Under the pieces are notes generated by a model. That model saw only the letters and a list, made by a program, of their open reading frames with translations, was not told where the DNA came from and ran no database searches. The position numbers and the translations under genes were made by a program. This document shows, piece after piece, positions 38,156 to 53,059 of a DNA stretch of 64,000 bases (position 1 is its first letter; every line of letters begins with the position of its first letter). This DNA is from Felis catus. Taxonomy: Eukaryota. Location: positions 44,332,001-44,396,000 of the forward strand of contig NC_058368.1 in NCBI RefSeq assembly GCF_018350175.1, written 5' to 3'.

Positions 38156-39638
38156 CAAGCCAGGCATATGCTTGAATAACACAATATAAATGAACAGAAT
38201 GAGAGCAGGTCAGTGAAAGAATCCAGGAAGCACTGAAGTTTAAAGATCAAGACTGAAATAAGATCCAAGAAAGAACACTGGCAATAAGCATATAGAGGAG
38301 TTGGAAGAAAGACCAATGACTATCCCACAGAAGCAAGATGAAACATGAGTGATTAGCAACATTAAATGCTCCACAGAAATCTTGCAGTAGAAAGCAGCAA
38401 GCATTAAAATTGGAAACTAACATGTTTTTGGTAACCCTGGGGAGAATAATATAGGTGAAATGGTAGGCAAAGCGGTAAAGAATAAATATGATATTGGAAA
38501 TTATTGAACACCGTAGGCCACACACTATTTGGAGAAGGGAAATACTTTACTAGCTACACGAGATAGATTATGACAGGATACCAGTTTCTATGATTAGCTG
38601 CTTTATTTATGTCCATTTATTTATTTTATTTTTTTAAATGGAAAAGCATGGAAAGGCAGAAAGAGCAACAAGAGAGGTGGAAAAAAAAGAAAAAGCAGTC
38701 AAACCGAAGTAAGGGCAACTGAGAGAACAAAGTCTAAATAGGCAGGAAGATACAGGTTCCAGATAAAAAAATGGGGAAATTACCATAGTCCAGGATAGTA
38801 AAAGCCTTCATTTTGGACGATGGTATTACAATGCAGATAATTTTCTAGGTCAAAGGGATAAAATAGTGGTAGAGTTTGCATCTCATTAAATCTATTAATT
38901 TGTGAATTAGGAGGAGAGACGGTGTACAAGAAGGGGTCCATGAAGTGAAGGCTTTGAGAATCAAGGAGTGTTATGACTCACGGACTTAGAAGGACTGTTG
39001 TATAAAATTGAGAATCCTTAGAGATCATGGTCATGTGATTTTGTCTAATTACATTCAGAAGTAAGACTGAAAAAGGCAGAGGTTGTTTTAAACAACATTC
39101 AGGTTTAGGCAACTTAAGTGTAGAACACTAGGCAATAAAATGAGTAACAGTTTGCACAAGAGGATAATGTAAATCATAAAGACAAAGAAGTAACTGTCAG
39201 GAAGATATTTGTTTAAAACAAATATAAGGAAGAATACGTTCTGAAAATTACAAATTCCTGAATAAATATCTAGAATTGCCTACCGAAAGATACATCAATA
39301 CTTGGTGTAGTATGTAGTGTGTTAGAACTCCATTGTCAAATCAGACACAGAGTCAGAGATGAAGCTTTATGAAAAAATTTCAAGTATAGAAATAATCATT
39401 ATGTATGAGCAAAGCAGAGAGAAATCTGGGAATGCCACTGCAGCTGTGTCTTCTTTTGCTACACAAGACTGTGTTCTGGTTCAGAGGAGCATCTGGTCTC
39501 TAAATAATATTTGCAGCTGTATCAATTACACCAAAACCAAAGGGGGGGCATTTCAGTCATGAGCAATCTCCATTTTATACTCTGATATTCGCATAGCATA
39601 CAGGACCTTTACCAGGGAGCCATGGTCATAAATCCATA

Positions 39639-39840
39639 TTTTTTTTTGAGACGGGGGGGGGGGGGGAGGAGGGGGAGGGGTAAAGGGAGAGAGAGAGAGA
39701 AACAGTGACGGAGACAGAGAAAATCTTCAGGAGGCTCCAGGCATGGAACCCGATGCAGGGCTCCATCTCACAAAGGTAAGATCATGACCTGTAGCAAAAT
39801 CAGAGTCGGCCACTTAACCAACTGAGCCACCTGGGTGCCC
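39639..39840 (-). mobile_element. Can-SINE with a poly-G tract
   Basis: Ends CACCTGGGTGCCC; TSD CATAAATCC. Confidence 0.93.
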
Positions 39841-40479
39841 CATAAATCCCTATGTTTTAGGTGTGCTTATGTTAAGCAATTCAAACAAGTACACCCTGCT
39901 AAGAGCATTCCACAGGTAAGGGCTCTTCCACCAGCAAATAGCTTAATATGTTTGCAAGAGGTTTCTCATAGACTGTTTACCAAATTTGACCAGGATTTGT
40001 TCTTTGTTTCTTTCTGTAAGAAATTCTGCATATCTGCAACTCTGACATCAATATAGTTAGACTCCTCAGGTAAGTAAAGTCTTAGATAATGTCAAGAACT
40101 ACCTTACTATTAGGTGGGCCACTTTTATTTCTGGGACTCATACAAAAATAGTTTGATTTAGAGAAGGCTACTCTGTTTTATATTGTCTAGCTTACTAACA
40201 TTTTGTTTGCATCTATGTAAGTGTGTGTATATGCTGTGTAAACTTACTCCCTCTATAGATAACAGAAGTAGAAGGTAGAGTCACGTGCATGGATACCCAG
40301 TAATGAAATCTAACTATGGGCCAACATTACAATGCCTTTTGGGAACAAACACACTTCTCTATTTTTCAACCTGAGATGTTAAAAATTGTGCAAAGGTATC
40401 TTATAAAGGCACAAAACTATGAAACACTTGTTTTCAAAAAAAGTGAATTTGTACAGAATATAAATAGAAAAGCAGCAAA

Positions 40480-41240
<761 letters not shown>

Positions 41241-41724
41241 ATCTTACTAATCCTGAAAAAGAACCACCAAAATGGGAAATAGAGGTTATTAACTAAAGAC
41301 CATTTCTTGATATACATTTCAGTGTATATGCACACAAACCAGTCTAAACTGAATTGTAATAGTCACACATCAAGCTCCTCTCAAAGCTTTGCTATTTAAG
41401 AATATAAAAGTGGCATGTTTTTAGATCCTTAGTGGATCCTTAGTGGTCTTCCTTCCCTTTGGTGCCTATCACATATTATGAAGACAAAAACCATGTCACT
41501 GTATTCTAAAGAGTTGCTCCAGATGCAGTCTAAGAACATCCCAAGGTAAACTAGAGTTAGGAAGTAGAGGCAAAAATCAGGAAAAATGCTTCAAGAATCA
41601 CAGCCAAGTTTGGCTCATCGTTTACACATGCACTGCAGTGATGACAAACAGATTTAAAATAAAAATGTTGCTAAATAATAATAATAATATCAACAACAAC
41701 AACAAATCAACAAAAACAATAACA

Positions 41725-41975
41725 AAGCAGTTAACATATATTGAGTGGTTACTTTTGAGTGTTGGGAATTACTGTAAGCAATCTCTTTACATATGAACAA
41801 AATGTATGTTTATATTAGGTCCATTTATTTTAAGGATAAAATATCCCTTAATCTGTAAAGTAATCCCTATTTTTCAGATTAGGAAACTAAGAAAGAATTC
41901 AACCAGTTCAATCTGATTCAAGTACAAAAGTCTGAATTTGAATTTAGGAGCCTGCACTAATGCATTATGGTGTCA
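41725..41975 (-). mobile_element. MIR (degenerate)
   Basis: AGCAGTTAACATATATTGAGT and CCCTATTTTTCAGATTAGGAAACTAAG. Confidence 0.7.
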
Positions 41976-42106
41976 CGGTTCCATCTTTTCCCCATATATT
42001 TTCTTTCATCCCTGTGGTTAATGACACAGGAGAATAAACTTCAACTCTAATGCTACTTTGCATCTCATTTTACAACACTTGCATGCACTTTAGTATACTG
42101 AAAATA

Positions 42107-42134
42107 TCCATCCATCCATCCATCCATCCATCCA
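42107..42134 (+). repeat. (CCAT)n microsatellite
   Basis: Directly visible. Confidence 0.93.
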
Positions 42135-43059
42135 TGCATGGGATGCATCAGAAGACTGAAGAATAAATCCCTCAGTGTTACTACATATGTACATACATAT
42201 TACGTATGTGCATGTGAAATGACTTAGATCATAACTGGATATTCAAAACTTTTATAAGAAAAATTATGAGTATATATTGTCTTTGGATTAAATTATCACC
42301 AACTATTTAGAATAAAATATTTCTCAATAGCATTGAGTAGCAATGCAAAAAATATTTTTTTTCTGCAGGAATATTCTCAGTACAATAAACTGTCCAAGCA
42401 GAATCACATTATAACAGTCAAAATATTGTTATAGTCTATACATTTTTGCTTCCAGACACACATATTGATCTTTATATCCTAAATGTATAAGGTATGACAA
42501 AAATGAAACTATAAAATATTTTGAACTGCAGTAACAAATGCAAGGATAATTTCACACAAAACCATCATTAAATTTTATTAAGTATATTGGCTCTATCATC
42601 ACTGATTTTGAAGTGTCAGAATGACCTAGTGCATCACATCTTATAACAAAGAAAGAATGCAGTTAGAATCCAACCTAGGGCAAAAGCTAATAACTAACAA
42701 ATTAGAGAAAATATTGAAGTTATGTTAAAAGGTGAATTAATAACCTTGAATGGAATAATGCTAAACAATCTAATGACTAAATTTCACTGCTAACTTTCCG
42801 AATTCTGAAGTCAAACACTCGTCAAATGTCCAAATAGTGCAGGATTGATTAAGAAATGCTAACTTACATTTTCCAAGCAATTTATAGTCCTACCATCAGT
42901 AGTTGTTTCACTTTTAATTTCTTCCCCATATTTATTGCAGATTCTGATCCTTTCCATTTTTGTTCATGTCTCATGCCTCTGATTTCTCATTTGGTCACAT
43001 CATAGGTTGTAAAACTGTGCTTTATTCGAAAGACTACTGAACTTAGCGGACTATTTAAC

Positions 43060-43260
43060 GGACGTTGAATCAGAACCGTGGTTGAATTTCCATTTTACCA
43101 TTTGCTAGATGAATAGTGTAGAAATTAACCTCTTGAATCTCTGACTCCTTCACTGTACAGGGAGTTTAAAAATAGTACATGTGCATATCACTTATAAGGA
43201 ATAAATGTCTTAATTTGAATGAGTCCTTCAGTTGTGCAGATGTAAAATATTTTCAATGGT
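43060..43260 (+). mobile_element. MIR (degenerate)
   Basis: GGTTGAATTTCCC..TTTACCATTTGCTAG...TTAACCTCTTGAATCTC pattern. Confidence 0.6.
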
Positions 43261-43425
43261 AACTGATGATTCAATAATACCCAGGAGTACAATTAGGAGA
43301 AGGAAAAATAGCAGTAGATGCTATCTATGCATTTTAAAAGATATAAAATAATTTGGTTCATCATAATCAGTTCAACTTTTTGTATTCACACAAATTAACT
43401 CACTGTCACAGAAATAAATGTATTT

Positions 43426-43550
43426 GGGGCACCTTGGTGGCTCAGTCACTTAAGTGTCTGACTCTTGATTTCCACTCAGGGCGTGATCCCAGGGTTGTGG
43501 GATTGAACCTAGGTTCAGCATGGAGCCTGCGTAGGATTCTCTCTCTCTCT

Positions 43551-43593
<43 letters not shown>

Positions 43594-43658
43594 CCTCCCT
43601 CCCTCCCACTGTTCCTCTCCCTCACTCAAACTCTATCTATAATGAAAAAAGAAACAAA
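43426..43658 (+). mobile_element. Can-SINE
   Basis: SINE body; perfect TSD AGAAATAAATGTATT (43410-43424 and 43659-43673). Confidence 0.96.
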
Positions 43659-43751
43659 AGAAATAAATGTATTCAAGGTATCACAAATGTCAGACTTAGA
43701 GATTTTGGAAAAAGTCCCTCAAATAATGTTTTCTTATTAGTTTGCTTGTCT

Positions 43752-43992
43752 TTTATTTATTTTTCAAACATGTTTTTTAGCGCTTTTATTTATTTTTGAG
43801 AGACAGAAAAACAGAGGGAAGACAGGGGAAGGGCAGAGAGAGAGGGAGACACTGAAGCAGGCTCCAGGCTCTCAGCTGTCAGCACAGAGCCCAACGGCGG
43901 GGGGGGGGGGGGGGGGCTCAAACTCACTAATCTCAAGATCATAACTTCAGCCAAAGACCAATGTTCAACTGGCTGAGCCACCCAGGTGCTCC
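43752..43992 (-). mobile_element. Can-SINE with an internal G18 run
   Basis: SINE body ending CCCAGGTGCTCC; G run 43899-43916. Confidence 0.94.
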
Positions 43993-44139
43993 TTTTTTTT
44001 TTTCTTAAGTAATCATTTAGGAAACACTAAACAGATAAATTGTGGATGTGTACTGACACGAAGGAAAGGGATGAAATCTTGTTTGCAAATTGGCACAAGG
44101 CTATTTTAGAAAATCATGCCAAATACAAAACACTAAATA

Positions 44140-44520
44140 GTGAGTAGAGTAATATTCCAATTCTGCCTTTAAATTTGTGACTACAGAGAAGGCACAAATT
44201 CATTATGCTCTATTTTCTCCATTTGTAAAATGAATGGGACAAGATAACCTATAATGTCTTCTAGGTCAGTGACTCAGTTTCCTATCATTCCCCAATGTCT
44301 GTAGAATGCAAGGCTTAAGAACTTGTCCTTCTGGTAAAGATCAATTATTTTAATCCTGGCTCAGTCAGGTACTCTCTTGACATTTGACAGATCACGTGGT
44401 CTAAACTTTCTGTTTCCTAGAATGAAAATACAAATAAATTCAATTTCACAGAGATGCTCTGAGGATTAATTGTTATAATTAATAAAAAGTGCTTTGTGCA
44501 AAGTGTTCGGTCAATATTAG
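44140..44520 (+). mobile_element. Two MIR fragments (~44140-44260 and ~44340-44520)
   Basis: TTTTCTCCATTTGTAAAATG; AATCCTGGCTC...TCACAGAG...TGAGGATTAA...AAAGTGCTT. Confidence 0.6.
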
Positions 44521-44729
44521 CTGAGAATTTCCATTCAGATCATGAATGCACACCTACTAATACCAGCAGAGTGTCATCCAGAGCAGATCCTCAATACATG
44601 AGAAAAAATAATAAATAATAGTAATGGTAAGAAGCATTTATTGCTCATATAATGTGCCAGAACAATTGGTAGCAACAACAGACTGAAGAATTATGAGCTA
44701 TTTATTTCCTAAGTGAGAGGATACGGATC

Positions 44730-45155
44730 TTGCTTACCTGTGGAATCTAAAATAGTCAAACTCACAGAAGCATAGAATGGAATGGTGACTGCCAGGGGCT
44801 GGGGAAAGCAGGTGAATGGGGAGTTAATGGTTAAAGGGTATAAAATTTCACGTATTCTAGGTAAGTAAGTTCTATAGATCTTCTATACAGCATAGTCTAT
44901 AGCTAAGAATACTGTATTGCATATTTCAATCTTTCTAAGAGCATAGATCTTAAGTGTTCTTACCTTAAAAAAAAAAAGAGCAATAGAGAGAGTGGGAGGA
45001 AACTTGGAGGTAATGGATATATTTATGGCCTTGATGGTGGTGATAGTTTCATGGGTGTATACATACCCCAGACTTACTCAGTTGTATATATTAAATATGC
45101 ACAGCTTGTTTCCGTATCAATCATACCTCAATAAAATGGTTTTAAAAAAAAAGAA
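44730..45155 (+). mobile_element. L1MB-like 3' UTR and tail
   Basis: GTGGAATCTAAAATAGTCAAACTCACAGAAGCA, GGAGGTAATGGATATATTTATGGCCTTGAT and ATACCTCAATAAA followed by an A-tail. Confidence 0.88.
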
Positions 45156-46528
45156 AATGCTAAACAATTTTTCAAATACAGATCTAAGTAAGGTTCTGAA
45201 CCTATGATGTGATCTTCTTTTTTTAACCTCTGATTCAGATGAGCCTGGGTGTGACATTCTAACACTGAAAGCACGTCAAAAATTGTTGCTGAGCAATTAC
45301 TTTAAAACTTGAGTAGGAACATTATATTGAAAATTAGATTTTAAAAAATGCCTGAGTTTCTTGTGTCTCATTCTGTCATTAATACGGTAGGCATAATTCA
45401 AAATGGAAAAATAAAGTTCACAGATTAAGTCTAAAGAAGAAACAAATGAATAAGCCAACCAAGCAGCACTCAAAATAAATGGATATCATGACACTGGCAA
45501 ATTAATTTTAAGGAATATAACATGACGACATAAAGTGAAATAAGCACCGTTGTGTGTTCATTCACGTTCCATTGTTTTGTTTTTTGTTTTTTGTTTTTAC
45601 TAAAATCCTCTGCCAAATAAATGTTCCACGTATGACATTATTTATTGACAGAAGTGCTGTGAAATTGTATTCCTTCAAACTGGAATCAAAATATTTTCTA
45701 GATCCCGATAGGAATTTTAATGGAGAAGGAAATGAAAGTGGATTGAAGAATATATCAGTGCTGATTCAGAGAGCATAGAAAGTTAACAAGAACAGGGATG
45801 ATTCACACAAAAAGGAAGAAGACCGCGTGAAGAACAGGATCACTGGTTTTAATTTTTTTTTTCTAACATCAGATTAATGTCATTAGAGCACTTTTGTAGT
45901 TGGGCTTGTATCTACTTCTTTGATATTTTTGTGGGTTTTGATGGCATAGCCTACCTTACCATTGATGGAGGAGGATTATTTCTTTTTTTCACTTGGTATC
46001 TGATGTCTGATGAAATCTATGGCTTTAGGTATAATATCTTTGCTTTTTTGGGTGTGTGTGTGTGCCTGCCTGTGTGTAGTGTTGTATATCTATGTTTATT
46101 TGTCTTTTTTCTATTTATCAAATAATATATGCCAATTGTTTAGACACTGGAATATTTATAAATAAAAAGATTAAAATAACCCAAATTCACCCCAACATAT
46201 GTTGATTATATAAATGAAATTGTGTTTTTATATTCTGCCTGCAGGAAAAAAAAGGACTTCCTAAGGGGAGGATGCTCTATTTTGTCCTTCACATTCTGGG
46301 TGACAGCTACCTGCAAGGCACAAAACCCAGAGTTTAGTAAGGACCCTACTCATAGGGATGCTTAATAAGTAATTTTTGAAATGATGGCTGAAAAATTATC
46401 ACAAGTATTCTTCTGTGTCATCAAGTATTTTCCAAAATCCTGATTTTGCATTGCTTCCTAATAGCATATGTTAATATATATCAAAAAACTGATCTAATCA
46501 TTCATATATACATGAAATTATACATGAA

Positions 46529-46533
<5 letters not shown>

Positions 46534-46576
<43 letters not shown>
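46534..46576 (+). repeat. (CA)n microsatellite
   Basis: Directly visible. Confidence 0.97.
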
Positions 46577-46578
<2 letters not shown>

Positions 46579-47359
46579 ATTCTTGTGAAATTCTGCCTGA
46601 AATAATTGCTAAAAGTTAAGAGCTAGCATTTAACTCCAAAGTAACACACTTAACTTATTTAAAAGTAATTTAAAATATCTATGCTACTTTATAGGGTGTG
46701 AAGTTTAACTTTGTCTTCTCCCTTCTCATAGAAATTTAAGAAAATGGAAGTTTAGGATTATTCTACCCCTGTCAATCGCTATGGCTCACAGTTCTTTTTG
46801 GTATTTCCATTCTTTCATTCTTTCATGCAGAAAACATTTAGAACAATGATATCACTTTGTAGTGTGGGGGGATTACATCTAATTGAGGCTTGAAATGTTT
46901 CACTTATACTCAATTATAGCAGTTTGAGCATACATTTATATCTTATAAAAACAAATCACAAATACAACCACAAAGCTTCTAGTGATCAGGTCATAAAACA
47001 TTGTCAACTCAATTTGAAATATTTTCCCTAGGAATACCAATGTAAATTATGTCATATTTCTTTAGCAACTTGGCAAAAAGAAAAATGACACAATTCTAAC
47101 CATTTTGCACAGGAAGAAAGATAAATTCTCATTTCTTTGTGAAAATCAAATGTTTCAAAGATAGAATTTTACAATAAACACATACATTTATACTTTGTTT
47201 CAGAAAAATAAGACACCAGGCACTTAGGAAACACTCCTTTATTATAATCAGGTTTAAAAAAGCATGAATGTGAACTTTTTTCCAGATTTTTCTAAATAGT
47301 ATTATACACTCTACCTCAAGCACAAAACTTTAAAAGATAAAAGAAAGTAACCTTTCTTA

Positions 47360-47548
47360 TGAATCTGTCACAACAGCTCTATAAGCTAAGTAACATACCC
47401 TTATTCCTCCACGGCGCTGCAGGTTTCTCAGATAGGTTAAGTCACTTGCTCAAGGTCACCTCACTAGTACAAGGCAGGCAAGAGCATGCATCAAGCTTGG
47501 TTTAATGGTAAAGTTCTACGCTCTGTCCACTGTATCATGTTGTCTCCA
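47360..47548 (-). mobile_element. MIR
   Basis: CTCAGATAGGTTAAGTCACTTGCTCAAGGTCAC is the antisense MIR core. Confidence 0.82.
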
Positions 47549-50500
47549 TGAAAATGTAAAGAGAAAATGACACAGAAAATCGATAACTGAATGAAGGAAC
47601 CAGGATCTATAACTTAGGAAAAAATAGATTTTGCTTTGTCACAAATAAAATGGTTTCACATCTGTAGGATGACTTCATATATCATTTACATTTTTACATT
47701 CAATTTTGAAACTTTGTGGGCTTTTTTTCCACTAGTCTCTATTTTTCAACTTACACATTTGTCTGTAGCTATTTTATGTTTTCCCCCCTCAGGTTCTATT
47801 TCTCATGTATTGCTGCACATTATTATTTCTTGGTGAAGTTTATTTAACTAAGAATCAGCCACCCGGTTATTACAGTCTTATATAGTTAACCTACTCACAT
47901 TGCTTTTTCCTTGGTCTAGGATTGAATGGTCTAACTTCACATTTAAATAAATTAAAGAATGAATTTAAATCAGTGCAATTAACTTTCTTACCAGTTACAT
48001 CTGTGCACTACTGAACACAACAATTCAACTGAAACCATAAAAAGAGTTGGTGTATATGGATGAAATTTTCTTTTAGTTTTGAATATGAATTCCTTATAAT
48101 AAAATTATTTTGTTTTAATAAAGTATTTTTAATTAACAAAATAATTATATAATATGCATTTGTGCACCTACCTTACAACAAAACTATTATCTGATGTATC
48201 TAAGAAAATATTTCAAATTGATTACTGAAATAGAGCTGGGAAAATACTAAATTGATGAATTAAAGAATTATAATGTTGCCATGTGAACAAGCATTCACCT
48301 TATAAATGCACGCAGTTTGATGTTTGTACTTGTAAATATGAATATATACATTAAATGTGTGTGCGTGTATGTACTGAGAAAAAGGGAAATACCAAGAAGT
48401 TTGCATAATACAGTACAAGAGTGCCACCTTCTGGATTTAGAACATCTAGTGACAATTTTTTATAATGCTCCTAGCTTCACAAAAAATATCTATGGTTAAT
48501 ATTGTTCATTGCCAGTTCTCCCTATATTTTATTATTCATATTTAAATATTGTTTTTAATGTTACTATTCATTTAATATGCCTGGAATTAATTTAGTGTAT
48601 ACAAAGATTGTATAGATAATACAGCAGATTCCAAAATTTACTCAAGATGTATCAATTTGTGTATCAGCAATACTAACACAGCTACCCCCCAAAAAAAACA
48701 ATCAAAATATATATTTGAGAATAAGTGAATTCATACATTTTCTAACATAGTAATTAATAGGTCAGCAATATATACACTTTTCCAACATCTTGTGTAAAAT
48801 ATAAACAAAGCACATTTTTCTAATTGATTTCACTGCTTTGATGCTCTGTATTTATATACACCTAGGTTTCCTAACAAAAGTAGTAAAATTAATAAGAAAA
48901 TTCAAAAATTAAACACATTAATATTATACAAGTACCTCTCAATTATCAGGGATAATCACACATTACGTGAAGTGAGCAAACATGACCTGAATGTATAGCT
49001 GTTGAGTATCCCTCTTTTCTCTATCAATATCAGGCTCCCCTGACCCATCAAGAAGCTGAATCACAATGTCCTTCCTCACTCAGGACTTCACATACCATAA
49101 TCGGAACTTGGTTCTCAATTTAAAATCTGACCAATTGAAACAGTATACTAACTCATTTAGAATAGTTATAATTGTTAATTTAAGTTATACACTAAAATTT
49201 GTTGACCTTTTTTCTATCAAAGAAACGTCAACACTTTGGGATCCGACATGACTGATGGTGGCGTTGGGGGTAATATGTCTTATTTATTTTCCTTTTTTCC
49301 CTTATTGCCTCCCTTTATTCATTCCCCTATGTTTTTGGGTGTGTGGGATACATAAAGATTTCCCTGAGCCTATAAAAATTATACTTTATTTGAAACTTTC
49401 TATTTGGCACATGGATAAGACTAACCCTGCATATAAATATATCAAGTATGCATAAGAATCTTAAATGTGTCAGAAGAGAAATACTATTTTTTGTGGTAGA
49501 CAGTATTTTGTAATATAATGTAAATGTTCTTAGCCACTCTAATACTAATGCTAATTTTATGTAACCTATTTTTTAAAGGTCTCTTAAAGAACTTCTAATT
49601 CTCTCTTCTTTGGAGGAGGATTGGGAGTTCAAGAATCATGACACCTCTCCATTATATGTGTAAAATTGCGATAAGACATTATTTTAAACATAGGATAATA
49701 TTCTTCTCCAGATTTCTTACCCTTCAAACATTATCCATTCACTCTTGAATTCCCAAATGATAGCTTCTCAAGTATATTCAACTAATGGGAATATGGAGTG
49801 TATTGAAACAAAATGAAAGTGAATAATGAAACAATTCATTATAATAGAAGGGGATTTTAAATGCTGATGACTTAGAGATCTATATATAATTCAAATAATC
49901 AGAGTATTGAGGAAGAAAATTCTACTAGCCTATTAATATATCAACAAGGACACATTTTGAGGCTCCTGTACTAGTTTCTGTCATAAAACTCCCAATGACG
50001 TCAGCTGCCCCAAATATAAAATGAGTACAATTTGTACATAAGAGATGTGCAGCTTTTTAAGAACAGTACTTTATTTTCTATATATAAGAGCTTAGAGATA
50101 TCTAAGCCTAATAACAATAACCTTCAAAAATGTGTAGTAAGCTCTCTTTAGATGTCACATAACCACTATAAAAATTATCAGGAATTAAACATACCATCAA
50201 AAGGACAAGAAAGTCCTTTGAATCTCTTACAAGGTCATTTTCTATAGTTTTCATAAGCGATTTATTTCAACTGAAATCTTTTATAACTCCATATATTCCA
50301 AAAATAAATATACTGTTTATGTAATTAGCTTAAATAGGTCTGTAAATTTATGTAGGATAAGATAAAATAGAGTATAAATTAGCATACAAAACTAAAGTCT
50401 CACAAGGAATTGAGAGTTCACTGAGAATACTAGAGACAGAGACTCAGGTATGTACACCTTGCAAATAAGATATGTCCAGACTGACCTAGAGAATTCTCTT

Positions 50501-50725
50501 AGTGAATCCACTAAGGGCCTGTGTGTATGTGAAGGACTTAGAAATCTCTTGATAAGAATCTCTCCCTAATAAGAAAGAAAATTGAGCATGTACTTGGTGC
50601 AGGATCAGTCAACCCTGGAAGAGAAAGGGCACATGTAATTGCAATCTGAAACATGTTATGCATTACCCTTATACTAGACCTTTCATATTCCTGTCAGTAT
50701 TTCAAGAACATGGTGCTGTCCTGGA

Positions 50726-50727
<2 letters not shown>

Positions 50728-50769
<42 letters not shown>
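50728..50769 (+). repeat. (CA)n microsatellite
   Basis: Directly visible. Confidence 0.97.
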
Positions 50770-50773
<4 letters not shown>

Positions 50774-51230
50774 TATATAAAGAAAATCATCACTTAAGTC
50801 TCTACAAACAACTGAGAGCCCAAGACTGAGCATCTTGGAAAATTTGCTCCACAATTTTGGAAGCAACACATTTGCCCCAGTTAAGTGTGATGATTATTTA
50901 TTGGTTGAAATACATGGCACCCTATTTCATTTGGAATGGTGGAAGGAATCTCTATAGCAACAAGGACTCAATGGCTCCATAAAAATACTACCTGCTATGA
51001 GCAGAAGAGCAGGAAAAGACAGATGCTGATATATAGTCCAGGTGACTGATCATCAGAACATGTGAGTGAACTCCTGGGGAATTTATATTGTCTGCAATGT
51101 CCAAAATGCTATGTGTGGTTTTGCACCAAGGAAGTGTGGTTTTAGTTGTCTTTATTGTAAATCTGGACTGACATAGAAAAACATTAAGAAAAATAAAACC
51201 ATGCGGCAATTTGTAAAGGTTATGCTATTC

Positions 51231-51454
51231 TTTTTTTTTTTATTTAAATGTTTAGTTTTGAAAGACAGAGATAGAGAGAGAGAGAGAGAGGAAGTGTGGG
51301 AGGGCAGAGAGAGAGGGAGACACAGAATCTGAAGCAGGCTCCAGGCTCTGAGCTGTCAGCACAGAACCTAATGTGGGGCTCAAACCCACAAACTGTGAGA
51401 TAATGACCTGAGCTGAAGCTGGATGCTTAACCAACTGAGTCACCCAGGCATCTC
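51231..51454 (-). mobile_element. Can-SINE nested in the tail of the adjacent SINE
   Basis: Full body; flanked by TATTC(T)n on both sides. Confidence 0.94.
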
Positions 51455-51457
51455 ATA

Positions 51458-51460
<3 letters not shown>

Positions 51461-51489
<29 letters not shown>

Positions 51490-51561
51490 GTAGGCTCCAT
51501 GCTGGGCATGAAGTCCAATGAAAGGCTTCAACTCTTAGCTAACTGAGCCACCCAGGCACCC
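51461..51561 (-). mobile_element. Short, internally deleted Can-SINE with a long A-tail
   Basis: Ends GAGCCACCCAGGCACCC; outer TSD AAGGTTATGCTATT (51216-51229 and 51562-51575). Confidence 0.88.
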
Positions 51562-53059
51562 AAGGTTATGCTATTTTTAAAAACTGATCTGATGTCCAGA
51601 ACATAATGCAATTTTTTGAAGTTGTTAGAATACTGTTACTGCTAATTAAAGATCTCTCTGTGCTGAGTTTATTGTCATTGAAGAAATGACAAAAGGCCTA
51701 AGGTTAGGGCTATAAACACAAATGAAACCATGGGTGTTCATAAACATACCAGATAGACTAACAAAGTGAGGCCAGAGCCCTGACTCCTTTCCCAGGCAAC
51801 TCAATGACTATGTACTCACCACTGGATTCCTTGACAGACACTCTGGGAGTATTCTAAGCCAAGAAAACAACAACAAAACTAAACAATGATCAAAAGAAGG
51901 GATTTTCTTCAAAAAGGTGCAAAAAACAAGACAAGTGACTTTTTTCTGTGCATTTTGAGTGGTTTGTATCCTTAACATGCCAAACGCTAAAAGAAAACTA
52001 CTGCTTTGTTCACATGAACAAAAGAAATTGGTCTGAGTGGTAAACACATGTTTTAGGTTTTCCAGGCCTCATTTGGCCTTACAATTATAAGAGTTGGTAC
52101 ATTTCCCAATTGAAAGATACCTGCATGCCCCTTTTAACCATACCAACAATAAATGGAGAAAGTGAATGAAATCCAGAAAACAATAATACAGAGTGATCAG
52201 AGGGAACAAATTACTGCTCCAAAGAAAAGTTCTAATCCTTCATTCCAGAATCTTTTTGGTTTCTTGTTTCATATCAGTCCTTCCCCTCAGGATTAGAAAT
52301 CTGAATAGAAGTTCTTCTTAGACCAGGACTTCTTAACATTTTTAGCAATATGACACACATAGGAAATGATAATATGATATAGAAAAGGGAGACACTAATG
52401 AAAAGGATTTGGAGACATCTATGTTAAGATAGATTTTTTTAAATAATTATATTTATTACTTTATATTATGATTTTTTAATTAAAGTATCAGGGAAGAGAT
52501 TAAATTTTGATACCAAGTATTTTTTTCAAAAATGCTGATAGGCAACAAGCTTACTTCCATAAGCGTAACTTTATACCAAATTCTGTGATTAAAAGGCTAT
52601 ACATATTTCTTGATCAAAAGCTTTTAATGATTATATTTTCAAATTCTTCATAGTCACCACATACTAGATAATCTTGCACATAAAATAATACCATATTTAA
52701 CTCCAATTGGTGGTCTTTGAGGAAAGCAAGAGGTAAGCCTCTACTACATCAAGGGACAGTCCCCAAGTGATCTCAGTGTTCTAACCACTGTAGTTGGCCA
52801 CATTTTAATTGGCCTAAACCCTCCAACATTTAAGTGTTCTTTAGTACCCATCCACTCACTGAATTGGAAGAAGAGAAAGGAAGGAGCCATCCTAATACAT
52901 ACTACACTTTAAACTTTATTATAAGATGCACAATATCAATGTCTTGGAATATAAGCTTTCACATCCACACTTCTCTTTGGAAAAAGAGTCAGATGCCACA
53001 CATAGATATCTTATCCTAGAGACAAACCACTAATTCAATACTTTCTATGATTTCCAATA

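Larger units (their letters stand above)
37150..38900 (-). mobile_element. L2 fossil (fragmented)
   Basis: ACTCTCTGGCAGCACTATGAAGATTGGATTG at ~37300 and RT-like AAATGCT..ACAGA...TTGGTAACCCTGG at ~38360-38470; purine-rich strand. Confidence 0.55.

Noticed and set aside
39995..40076. Possible 49-nt plus-strand exon (pyrimidine tract-AAG ... CAG|GTAAGT)
   Set aside because: Only one frame is open (ILHICNSDINIVRLL), unrecognised, with no partner exons; such sites arise by chance in 64 kb.
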